In this document: positions 1 to 7,979 of the stretch, piece after piece | Position numbering within the stretch: the stretch's first letter is position 1 | Layout of the letters: the number at the start of each line of letters is the position of its first letter | DNA from: Rhizobium sp. Q54 | Lineage (GTDB): Bacteria > Pseudomonadota > Alphaproteobacteria > UBA2966 > CAIVPW01 | Direction of reading: 5' to 3' | NCBI GenBank assembly: GCA_945947575.1 | Contig: CAMEYM010000018.1 | Location: 4,046-68,045 of the forward strand | Length of the DNA: 64,000 bases | Made by a program: the position numbers and the translations under genes | Notes under the pieces: generated by a model | What the model saw: the letters and a program-made list of their open reading frames with translations, nothing else | The model's database searches: none | What the model was told of the DNA's origin: nothing

Positions 1-422
1 GGAAGAACAGCACCTTCGCCAGCAGGAAGATTGAAACGCTGCTCGCGAGGACGAGGGACAACCTCAGTTCTTTTCCGGAACGAGATGTCCCAACTATCTC
101 CCGTCAAGAGATCGAGAGCCGATCGAAGGCTGTCAGCTGCCATGCCCCAGCGGTCCGGGTCGTGTACCGGCACGCTGACAGACAGAACTCGCGACCAACC
201 CATCGAAGGTCGCAGCTTTGAGCGGTCGCAGAACTCGACCGCGCCCGCAACGACCATTGCGTCGAACACGACGGGATCCCAATCGGCAACGCAGTAGCTT
301 TCCAAGTCGTGCGTGTTGAAGCTGATGTTGGTTTCGATAGTGCAAGGCAGGCGACCTGCCCGGGGAAAGTGACCAGCCTCGACCACGTCTACGTTCAGAC
401 TCGGCTGAGCGAACGCCTTCAT
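1..422 (-). CDS. QueC-like (QatC/7-cyano-7-deazaguanine synthase-like) protein, N-terminal 140 aa; runs off the window edge
   Basis: Manual translation from ATG 422: MKAFAQPSLNVDVVEAG...DAMVVAGAVEFCDRSKLRPSMGWSRVLSVSVPVHDPDRW...LRSALDLLTGDSWDISF...GEGAVLP. W-x-R...VPV-x-DP-x-x-W and LTGD-x-W match the N-terminal domain of QatC-type QueC proteins; the PP-loop (FSxGLDS) would start just beyond the edge. ATGA overlap with the upstream ORF. Confidence 0.7.
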   Translation of the reverse strand, partial: MKAFAQPSLNVDVVEAGHFPRAGRLPCTIETNISFNTHDLESYCVADWDPVVFDAMVVAGAVEFCDRSKLRPSMGWSRVLSVSVPVHDPDRWGMAADSLRSALDLLTGDSWDISFRKRTEVVPRPREQRFNLPAGEGAVL

Positions 423-982
423 AGGTCCACTCCATCGTCCACGTCCGACTTCTTCTCGACTCTGCGAAATGCGCGCCCCTCTCCTCGGACGATCGATCGC
501 GCAAGTTCCTTTAGCGGCGTCCTGGAAAAGGCGGACTCAATCTCCGAGCGCACGTTGGCGGCACGGTGTTGATTCGATTCGCGGAGGTAGTGCTCCTCAA
601 TATTCTTCGCTGCCCTAGCGCACACGTCAGTCAACAGGTCCTCGACGACGGCCGAAAGATCGACGTCTCTGCCCTCGTTCTGTTCGAGTTCGCAGCGCGT
701 TGCCTCGACGAACGACCGCTGGAGGACGGTCAGGCTTGCATCACGCTCAAGACCTTCCAAGCGCGCTAGTCGCTCGTCCCCGAGTAGGCCCTCAGGGCAC
801 CGGACCACCTTGACGAGCTTGGGCAGCAGCGCGCCACACCCCTCGCCTTCCCAATCGTCGAGCAGCGCCTTCGGAATGGCTGCAACGCATTCGTCCGAAG
901 AGTACGCGTCAACGTCCGCTCGCTCCGCCAAAACGCGCCAGCCCCGGCGCATACCAAGGCTTCTGTGGGGACCATCGCTCAT
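419..982 (-). CDS. Hypothetical helical protein, translationally coupled partner of the QueC-like gene (QatB-like position)
   Basis: 187-aa ORF MSDGPHRSLGMRRGW...; GGAGG RBS at 989-993 (minus); its TGA overlaps the ATG of the QueC-like gene. Confidence 0.75.
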   Translation of the reverse strand: MSDGPHRSLGMRRGWRVLAERADVDAYSSDECVAAIPKALLDDWEGEGCGALLPKLVKVVRCPEGLLGDERLARLEGLERDASLTVLQRSFVEATRCELEQNEGRDVDLSAVVEDLLTDVCARAAKNIEEHYLRESNQHRAANVRSEIESAFSRTPLKELARSIVRGEGRAFRRVEKKSDVDDGVDL

Positions 983-1001
983 AGGCGACCTCCATGTCAG
1001 G

Positions 1002-1031
1002 ATTATCTCTAGAAGTACATGACATTGTCAA
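1002..1031 (-). promoter_or_regulatory. Sigma70-like promoter (TTGACA-N18-GATAAT) overlapped by palindrome TGACA-T-TGTCA (1020-1030)
   Basis: Read directly; lies ~20 nt upstream of the ATG at 982. Confidence 0.55.
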
Positions 1032-1060
1032 TATACGAGGCCAGTAGGTACACATCGTAT

Positions 1061-1116
1061 TTGACTCGGTTCGTGTCGTGCGCTACCTTTCGTAGAAACC
1101 AAGGAGGAGGTTCGTG
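1061..1116 (+). promoter_or_regulatory. Divergent sigma70-like promoter (TTGACT-N17-TACCTT) + AGGAGGAGG RBS + GTG 1114
   Basis: Read directly; the downstream ORF has no credible coding body. Confidence 0.45.
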
Positions 1117-1355
1117 CCAAAATCAACTACCAGCAGCGCGGCGCCCAGACCCGCGGAAACCGCAGTTCGACCGCTTCCGGGCCGGTCCGCGCAGCCAGAA
1201 TCGCATTTCCCCGCCCCTCTCGGGGCGAGACAACGTTTTTCGCCCGTGTTTACGGTGCCTACGGTGGTCGCGGCCGGCCCTGGGGCGGCGCGCGCCGCGC
1301 TCTCTCAGCGCGCCGATGCGCTCCGTGACCATACATCGCCCATACTTATGGGCGT

Positions 1356-1841
1356 TCAGCTCGCAGGTGCGGACTGCTTCGGCGGAGTGGGTCCGGCGGG
1401 TTTCGCGGGTGCGGCGGCCGGCGGCGCCACGGGTGCGCTGGGCGGCGCGGCGGGCGCAGCAGGCGCCGCAGCAGCGGCTTCCTTGTCGCGGTTGGCGGCC
1501 GCCTTGCGCAGCTTGGCTGTGAGCGAGCGCAGCATGCTGCGCACGAACGGGTCGGAGCCTTCGAGGCGCTTCTGGAATTCGACAGGCGTCAGGACGACGC
1601 ACGTCGTCACCTCTTTGGCGATCGCGGTCGCCGAGCGCGGCTGCGCGTCGATCAGCGCCATCTCGCCGAACATGTCGCCGGCCTTCAGCTGGCCGAGCGG
1701 CACTTCCTTGCCGTCGCGCGTCGTCGAGACTTCGACGGCGCCGGATTGGATGAGGTACGCGCAACGGGGCAAGTCGCCCGCCTTGAAGATGGCTTGGCCG
1801 ATGGAGAACGTCTCGCGCCGCAGTATCTCGCTGGTGGCCAT
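1356..1841 (-). CDS. Cyclic-nucleotide-binding domain protein with Pro/Ala-rich tail
   Basis: IFKAGD...AYLIQSGAVEV...GDMFGEMALIDAQPRSATAIA cNMP motif; start ATG 1841 (MATSEILRRE). Confidence 0.85.
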   Translation of the reverse strand: MATSEILRRETFSIGQAIFKAGDLPRCAYLIQSGAVEVSTTRDGKEVPLGQLKAGDMFGEMALIDAQPRSATAIAKEVTTCVVLTPVEFQKRLEGSDPFVRSMLRSLTAKLRKAAANRDKEAAAAAPAAPAAPPSAPVAPPAAAPAKPAGPTPPKQSAPAS

Positions 1842-2061
1842 GACCGCACCCCAAGGCTCGCATGCGCCGGGCGCGCGCACTGTGGCGCACCGCACAATTC
1901 CACACAATGACCGCGCGGGCGTTCCCTGCGCTGGAACGCCACAAGTACGCGGATTTGCGCGGCGCAATACGCGGGCATGCGCGGCGGAATCCCCCCGCCG
2001 CCCGCGCAATCCCGCGTTATTTGCGCGGCCGTCAGGTGCGCGCGGGCAGTGGCACCTGGTC

Positions 2062-3435
2062 CTAGGTTGGCGCGCGCAGCGGCACGCGACGTTCGTAGAC
2101 GCCGACCGCCACGAACACCGCCGTGGCGACGAGCAGCGACAACAGGAAGGCGTAGTCCTCGTAGTACCGGCCGAACACGAAGCTGCCGGCAGCGCCCAGC
2201 AGCAGCGCGGCGAGCGCCGCGCGCGGTCCCCCGAAGCCGCCGAACAGCCCGACCACCACCGTCACGGCAATGCCGGCGGTGCCCCAGGACGACGCGTACG
2301 ACACCAGCTCGTAGACGCTGTCCGAGCCGGTGGCGATGACGTAGGCGGCGAAGCCGGCGCCCGCGACCGTGAAGCGGGTCGTCATCAGGCGCTGATCGTC
2401 GGATGCCCACTCCATGAGCGGATTGATGAAGGTGCGCGAGGCGAGCGCGGACACCGCGAGCAGCGTCGAGTCCACCGTGGACAGGATGGCCGAGACCAGC
2501 GCGCCGGCGAAGAACACGAACAGCACCGGCGGCAGCAGCTCCTGCGCCAGCAGCGGCAGGAAGGTGTCGTTGAACTCGAGCCCAAGATCGAGGTGCGAAG
2601 CGACCAGGGCGATCAGCGCCGGGATCAACCCGACCACCAGGTAGATGCCGGCCGCGACGAAGCAGGCGTTGCGCGCGATGGCCGGCGTCTTGGCGCCGAG
2701 GAAGCGCGAGATCGCTTCCTGCGCCACCAGCGAGCCGACGATGGGGATCGCCCACGAGTCGATGCGCGACAAGAATCCTTCGTCCGGATGGGAGAACCGC
2801 AGCTGCTCCGGCTCGATCGAGTCGAGCGCCGGCCCGATGCCGCCCATCGCGACGAACACGAACACCAGCAGGATGATCAGTCCGATGATGACGACCGATT
2901 CATGAAACAGGTCGTTGATGGCGTCGCCCAAGAGGCCGCCGAGCGCGGTGTAGAGGACCACGACGCCGAGCGAGACGAGCAGCGCCGTCTCGATCTCCAC
3001 CGGCGCGACCACGGTGATGACTTCGCCGAGGGCGAGCAGCTGCGCCGCCGCCCACATGATCGAGGTTGGGATCAGGATGAGCACCGCCAACAGCTCGACC
3101 AGCCGCCCATAGCGCTCGCGGAAGAAGTCGCCGAGGGTGATGTAGCCGGCCTCGCGCATCTTGTAGGCGATGAGGAAGGCCATGCCGACCAGGCAGATGG
3201 CGTAGCCGAACGGATCGGCGCGGCCGCCGGCCAGCCCCTCCTCGGCGATCGCCGCCGACGAGCCCATGATCGTCTCGGCGCCGAACCAGGTCGCGAACAG
3301 CGAGCCGGACACCAGCACGAGTCCGAGCGAGCGCCCCGCCACCAGGTAGTCGGTCTCGCCGCTGATGCGACGCGCCGCCCAGAGGCTGATGCCCAGCGAG
3401 ATCAGAAAGTACGCAGCAACCGCGACCCACAGCAT
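2062..3435 (-). CDS. Sodium:solute symporter family protein
   Basis: DYLVAGRSL, ATWFGAET, TLGDFFRERYG, SAILSTVDS motifs; many TM helices. Confidence 0.9.
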   Translation of the reverse strand: MLWVAVAAYFLISLGISLWAARRISGETDYLVAGRSLGLVLVSGSLFATWFGAETIMGSSAAIAEEGLAGGRADPFGYAICLVGMAFLIAYKMREAGYITLGDFFRERYGRLVELLAVLILIPTSIMWAAAQLLALGEVITVVAPVEIETALLVSLGVVVLYTALGGLLGDAINDLFHESVVIIGLIILLVFVFVAMGGIGPALDSIEPEQLRFSHPDEGFLSRIDSWAIPIVGSLVAQEAISRFLGAKTPAIARNACFVAAGIYLVVGLIPALIALVASHLDLGLEFNDTFLPLLAQELLPPVLFVFFAGALVSAILSTVDSTLLAVSALASRTFINPLMEWASDDQRLMTTRFTVAGAGFAAYVIATGSDSVYELVSYASSWGTAGIAVTVVVGLFGGFGGPRAALAALLLGAAGSFVFGRYYEDYAFLLSLLVATAVFVAVGVYERRVPLRAPT

Positions 3436-3605
3436 GGCCCACCCCCCGGTCCGCCCATCTGTACGCCGAGTCTGCGCACAAACTCGTTAGCGCGCAATGA
3501 AGGCGCGGACCCGGGGCGGCGCTGGCGAGGCACCGGCGGCGCGTTTATGATCCCGCCGCCGTCGCGCACCGCGCTGGCGTACTCGTTCCCGGACAAGTCG
3601 TCGTC

Positions 3606-4826
3606 ATGTTGAAGCGCATATTCATTGGTGTGTTGGGCGTCATCGCCGTCGTCCTCGTCGTCGGCCTGGCGGTCGCCTGGGTGCAGCGCGACCAGCTGGT
3701 GTTCTGGTGGTCGAGCCCGCGCATCAACTACGGCGAGCAGCGCACCATCATCCCGGTCTACCTGTTCGCCGAGCAGTGGGCCGCGCACCCCGACAAGCGC
3801 GACAACGCCGACCTGGTGCCGCCCGGCATGACCGACAACCAGGCGACCGCGCAGGTGGACGTCTTCTTCATCCACGGCTCGTCGTACTTCGGCTACCAGT
3901 GGAACGCCGAGGTGCGCGACGTCGCGGTGAACACGATCGTCGATGGCCCGCTGATGGCGCTCGACGCCTCCGTCTTCAACGGCTGCTGCCGCGTGTTCGC
4001 GCCGCGCTACCGCCAGGCGCATTTCGCCGCCATCGACCAGACCAGCGGCAACGGCCGCAACGCCCTCGAGCTCGCGTTCAACGACATCACGCGCGCCTGG
4101 GACAGCTACGTGATGGACAGCAACAAGGGCCGCCCCGTCATCATCGTCGGCCACGACCAGGGCGCGGTGCTCGCCCAGCGCCTGCTCGATCTCCGCATCG
4201 AACCGGGCACGCGCCTGTCCGAGCGCATGGTCGCCGCCTACTTGATCGGCGGCGGCATCGCCGAGCGCCGCTTCGGCGGCAGCTTCAAGAACATCAAGAT
4301 CTGCGAGACGGCGACCGATGCCCACTGCGTGGTGGCGTGGGAGACGTTCGTCGAAGGCACCGACCCCGTGGCGCATCCCAACGCCAAAGAGGCGTGGGAC
4401 AATCGCGCCTGGACGTTCCTCGACGAGGAACGCCGCCTGTGCACCAATCCGCTGACGTGGACGGTGAATTCGAAGGCCGACGCCTCCCTGCACCTCGGCG
4501 CGCTGCCGCTGGGCGCCGACATCTCGCTCGGCTTCGGCCGCATCATGGGCGCGCTGCCGACCTCGGACCCGTCGCGCTACAAGTCGCTGCCGGCGCTCAT
4601 CCCGAAGTACACGTCCGCCGAATGCATCGACGGCTTCCTGTACGTGCCGGAGCCCAAGGACGCCGCCTTCAAGACCGGCTGGCGCGGCGAGGGCAACCTG
4701 CACCTCTCCGACATCACCCTGTTCTACGGCAACCTGCGGCAGAACCTGATCGACCGCTCGGAAGCGTTCCTGAAGACCTTCGTGCCCGACTCGCTGCGCG
4801 CCATGCCCGGCGCGGGAGGACGCTAG
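3606..4826 (+). CDS. DUF3089-family alpha/beta-hydrolase-fold protein, membrane-anchored
   Basis: VDVFFIH, RVFAPRYRQA, GRPVIIVGHDQG, VAAYLIG, CTNPLTW, LHLSDITLFY. Confidence 0.8.
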   Translation: MLKRIFIGVLGVIAVVLVVGLAVAWVQRDQLVFWWSSPRINYGEQRTIIPVYLFAEQWAAHPDKRDNADLVPPGMTDNQATAQVDVFFIHGSSYFGYQWNAEVRDVAVNTIVDGPLMALDASVFNGCCRVFAPRYRQAHFAAIDQTSGNGRNALELAFNDITRAWDSYVMDSNKGRPVIIVGHDQGAVLAQRLLDLRIEPGTRLSERMVAAYLIGGGIAERRFGGSFKNIKICETATDAHCVVAWETFVEGTDPVAHPNAKEAWDNRAWTFLDEERRLCTNPLTWTVNSKADASLHLGALPLGADISLGFGRIMGALPTSDPSRYKSLPALIPKYTSAECIDGFLYVPEPKDAAFKTGWRGEGNLHLSDITLFYGNLRQNLIDRSEAFLKTFVPDSLRAMPGAGGR

Positions 4827-4828
4827 GC

Positions 4829-5329
4829 TCAGGGACCAAGAATCGGTTTGCCGTCCATCTGCCGCCACTCCCACGGCGTGGTGAAGCGGATGGTCGGCTG
4901 CCACAGGCCGAGGCCCTTGGCGCGGGCCTCTTCCTCGAGGGCGATGTACTTGTCGGACTGCGGCCGGAACGCCACCGCCCAGCCCTGGCGCACCAGGTCC
5001 GCGCCGATGTCGAGCTCGCCCAGCCGGCAGGTCATGTAGGCGATGCCGATGAAGTTCTTCTCGCCCGAGTCGGTGCAGTTGACCGGGCCGAGGTCGACCA
5101 GGGTCTCGAGGGCGCGCTTGGCATTGGTCGCGCAGCCAAAGCGCGTGCGTCCGGCCAGGCAGTCGTTGTCCTGGTCCGGGTCCGGCGCATCGATGCCGTA
5201 CAGGCTGATGCGCTGGTTGCCGATGGTGATCTGGTCCGACGTGATCGCCCGCGCCCGGCCGGTGACTTCTTGTGCCGCCACAGGTGCACTCAACGCGGCG
5301 CCCATCGCCGCGATCCACAACGCTCGCAT
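4829..5329 (-). CDS. Exported thermonuclease (SNase)-like protein, degenerate active site
   Basis: Signal peptide MRALWIAAMG; RISLYGIDAPD, LVRQGWAVA, EEEARAKGLGLW, PWEWR. Confidence 0.8.
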   Translation of the reverse strand: MRALWIAAMGAALSAPVAAQEVTGRARAITSDQITIGNQRISLYGIDAPDPDQDNDCLAGRTRFGCATNAKRALETLVDLGPVNCTDSGEKNFIGIAYMTCRLGELDIGADLVRQGWAVAFRPQSDKYIALEEEARAKGLGLWQPTIRFTTPWEWRQMDGKPILGP

Positions 5330-5361
5330 GCTTGTTCCTGAACTGAATTGCTGTTGGAGGA

Positions 5362-5502
5362 CTACTGCGTGCCGACCTTGAACACCGCGAGCGGCGCCAG
5401 CGCCTTGTTGATCTCCTGCAGCGTGCCGGTCAGCGCGCTGCGATCGGTGGAATTGCACGCGGCGATGGTCAGCACCGCCGCGACGAAGAGCAGAGTGCGC
5501 AC
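5362..5502 (-). CDS. Small putative lipoprotein (46 aa), absent from ORF track
   Basis: GTG 5502 abuts the upstream stop; VRTLLFVAAVLTIAA-C-NSTDRSALTGTLQEINKALAPLAVFKVGTQ*, with lipobox IAAC. Confidence 0.6.
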   Translation of the reverse strand: MRTLLFVAAVLTIAACNSTDRSALTGTLQEINKALAPLAVFKVGTQ

Positions 5503-6039
5503 CTACGGTCCGAGCAGCGGGCGGCCGTTCATCTCGCGCCACTCCCACGGCAGGGTGTAGCGGATGCCGTCCTGCCACATGCCCTTCTTCGCCGCCTTGG
5601 CCTGCGCCTCGGCCGCAACATACTTGTCCGACTGCTGGCGCAGGGCAAACGCCCACCCATCGCGCACCAGGTCTTCGGCAAGGTCGAGGTCGCCGCGCTT
5701 GCAGATCATGTACGGGAAATTGACATAGTTGCGCACGCCGGTGTCGGTGCAGGTCACCGGGCCGAGATCGACGAGGATCTCCAGCGCCCGCTTGGCGTTG
5801 GTGAAGCACCCATAGTACGCGCGCCCGGCAATGCACTCGCGGTCCTGGTCGGGGTCCGGCGCGTCGATGCCGAACAGCGAGATGCGCTGGGTGCCGATGA
5901 CGATCTGGTCGGCCTGCAAGGCGCGGGCGCGGCCGCTGATCGGCTCCATCAGAGGCGCCTGGGCCAAGGCTGCGGCCGGCAGGAGCACGGCGAGCACCGC
6001 CGCCGCCACAAGCCTCAACCCCGCCGCCCAACCGCGCAT
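5503..6039 (-). CDS. Exported thermonuclease (SNase)-like protein, paralogue of 4829-5329
   Basis: RISLFGIDAPDPDQ, LVRDGWAFA, EAQAKAAKKGMW, PWEWR; signal peptide. Confidence 0.8.
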   Translation of the reverse strand: MRGWAAGLRLVAAAVLAVLLPAAALAQAPLMEPISGRARALQADQIVIGTQRISLFGIDAPDPDQDRECIAGRAYYGCFTNAKRALEILVDLGPVTCTDTGVRNYVNFPYMICKRGDLDLAEDLVRDGWAFALRQQSDKYVAAEAQAKAAKKGMWQDGIRYTLPWEWREMNGRPLLGP

Positions 6040-6466
6040 CGCCGCAACTCCGCCCTTCGAGAGGCGCGGAGTATAGGGGCGGGGGCGCGGGGCGGCTAGG
6101 TTGCCGCCCTGCCCGCCCGCGCAGAAAAGGTGGTCACGATTCATGTAGGCGCACCCCGCTCACCCCGGCGCGAGACCAGCGGCTTGCCTGGCTTTCCCGG
6201 GATAGTGGCAGGGTTGCCGCCGCAACGTTCTGTTACCGGCCCAACCTTGCCGCGCTGGGCGGCGCCATGGCTCAATGCCACTAATTCCCGGACGGCGCCT
6301 GTGGTTTGGGTGCTGGCCGCCCCAAGTGCGTCAAACCGGAGCGCGCCTCCGGCGCGACGGAAACCGCCCCCCAGCGCGTTGTTGGTAGGCGAAATCGCTC
6401 GGAGCGAAGCCAGTCCCAGCCACGATCGCCGGCAACCCGTAGGTGGCCGTGGGTCAGCTAGCTCCG

Positions 6467-7030
6467 ATGAAGGCACTCCCGGCGGCGGAGTCCGACGACG
6501 CGCTGATGCAGCGCCTCAAGGGCGGCGATGGCGCCGCTTTCGGGGAACTGCTGGGCCGTCACGCGGGGGCCGTCGCGGGTTTCTCGTATCGGATGCTCGG
6601 AAATGCGGCTGAAGCGGATGACATTGCCCAGGAGACCTTCCTTCGCCTTTGGCGGGGCCGGGAAAAGTGGGAGCCGCGCGCCCAGGTCCGTACCTGGCTG
6701 CTGCGGGTCGCCCACAACCTGTGCATCGACCGTTTCCGCCGCCGCGAGGTCGTAACGAATGAGTTTCCGGAGGTGGCCGATGGGCGCCCCTCCCCGGCCG
6801 CCGAGCTGCAGAGCAAGCAGGTCGGCAGGATCGTACTAGAGGCGTTGGCAGCGCTCCCCGAGAGGCAGCGCTCCGCAATTGGACTGGTGTACTATGAGGG
6901 ACTTAGCAACGTCGAGGCAGCGGAGGTGCTGGGGGTCAGCATCGACGCACTCGAATCGTTGCTGTCTCGCGGCCGGCGAAGCCTTCGTCACAACCTTTCG
7001 CACCTGCATCCTCATCTCGGGGAGGAGTGA
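6467..7030 (+). CDS. ECF RNA polymerase sigma factor
   Basis: ADDIAQETFLRLW, TWLLRVAHNLCID, LPERQRSAI...EGLSNVEAAEVLG region 2/4 motifs. Confidence 0.92.
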   Translation: MKALPAAESDDALMQRLKGGDGAAFGELLGRHAGAVAGFSYRMLGNAAEADDIAQETFLRLWRGREKWEPRAQVRTWLLRVAHNLCIDRFRRREVVTNEFPEVADGRPSPAAELQSKQVGRIVLEALAALPERQRSAIGLVYYEGLSNVEAAEVLGVSIDALESLLSRGRRSLRHNLSHLHPHLGEE

Positions 7031-7530
7031 AGATGGCAGGCAATGACACTCATCCCCGTGGCTTCCGCCTTGGGGATGCAACGGTGAACGTCCGCGCCCA
7101 ACAGATCCTCGCCACCTATGGCGCGGCGCCGCAGCGCTGGCCGCTCGAAGAGCGCGGCACGGTGCTCGACGCGCTGATCCAGGATCCGTCCATCACCGGC
7201 GCGCATCGCCGCGAGGCGGCGCTCGATGAGGTTCTGGCCGAGGCGCCGCGTCACGCGCCGTCCGCTGCGCTGCTGACGCGCATCCGTGCCGGTGCGGTGC
7301 CTGCCGTGCGCCGGGGCTGGCGCGCGACGCTTGCGGTGCTGTTCAGCACGCCTTCGGTCGGCTTCCTGCGTCCGCTGTCGGCGCTCGCCGGCGCGATCGT
7401 GCTGGGCGTGATCGTCGGGGCCATTTGGGCGCCGGCGGATGACGCCAACGCGATGGCTGCGGAGTTCGTCAATTTGGCTTTCGGCCACGACTTCCAGGGC
7501 GAGCCGGCTTTCGGAAGCGGCCTCGAATGA
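7027..7530 (+). CDS. Probable membrane anti-sigma factor
   Basis: Overlaps sigma stop; YGAAPQRWP...LD motif and one TM helix. Confidence 0.6.
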   Translation: MKMAGNDTHPRGFRLGDATVNVRAQQILATYGAAPQRWPLEERGTVLDALIQDPSITGAHRREAALDEVLAEAPRHAPSAALLTRIRAGAVPAVRRGWRATLAVLFSTPSVGFLRPLSALAGAIVLGVIVGAIWAPADDANAMAAEFVNLAFGHDFQGEPAFGSGLE

Positions 7531-7979
7531 CCGCGACCCTGTCGCGCGGCTGGACCGCAGTGCTGGTCGCCTCGCTCGGCGCCAATCTGTTCGTCGCCGG
7601 ATTCGTCGTGGCGCGATCGGTGCGCGGCGATTCGGTCGAGACCCCGCAGGTCGCAGCGACAGCGGCACCGGCGGCGCCCGCTGCAGCAACGACCCCCGCG
7701 GTGCGCCGAGTCATCGAACAGAACAAGGCCTTGCGCCCCAGCCTGGTGGCGGTGCGACGGGCGAACGAGGCGGTTACCGCCGCTCTGTTGGCGGAGCCGT
7801 TCGATCCCCAACAGCTCGACGTGGCGCTTGAGCGTCTGCGCGGCATGACGCTGGCGAGCCAGGCGGCGCTGCACGGCACGATGTTGGATGCAATTGCGGC
7901 CATGACGCCGGAGCAGCGGCGTCAATTTGCCGAGGCTTCACGGCGTTCTCCTGCGGAACGCGTCTTCCTGGGGCGGTGA
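7527..7979 (+). CDS. Periplasmic heavy-metal-sensor/Spy-CpxP-like protein
   Basis: SLGANLFVAG anchor, EPFD, MTPEQRRQF (LTxxQ-type) motif. Confidence 0.7.
   Translation: MTATLSRGWTAVLVASLGANLFVAGFVVARSVRGDSVETPQVAATAAPAAPAAATTPAVRRVIEQNKALRPSLVAVRRANEAVTAALLAEPFDPQQLDVALERLRGMTLASQAALHGTMLDAIAAMTPEQRRQFAEASRRSPAERVFLGR

Noticed and set aside
1114-3612. 832-aa plus-strand ORF
   Set aside because: Antisense shadow of the cNMP and symporter genes; only the first few codons have translation signals.
6355-6380. Possible ECF autoregulatory promoter (CGACGG-N16-CGTT)
   Set aside because: No convincing second copy found to define a motif.
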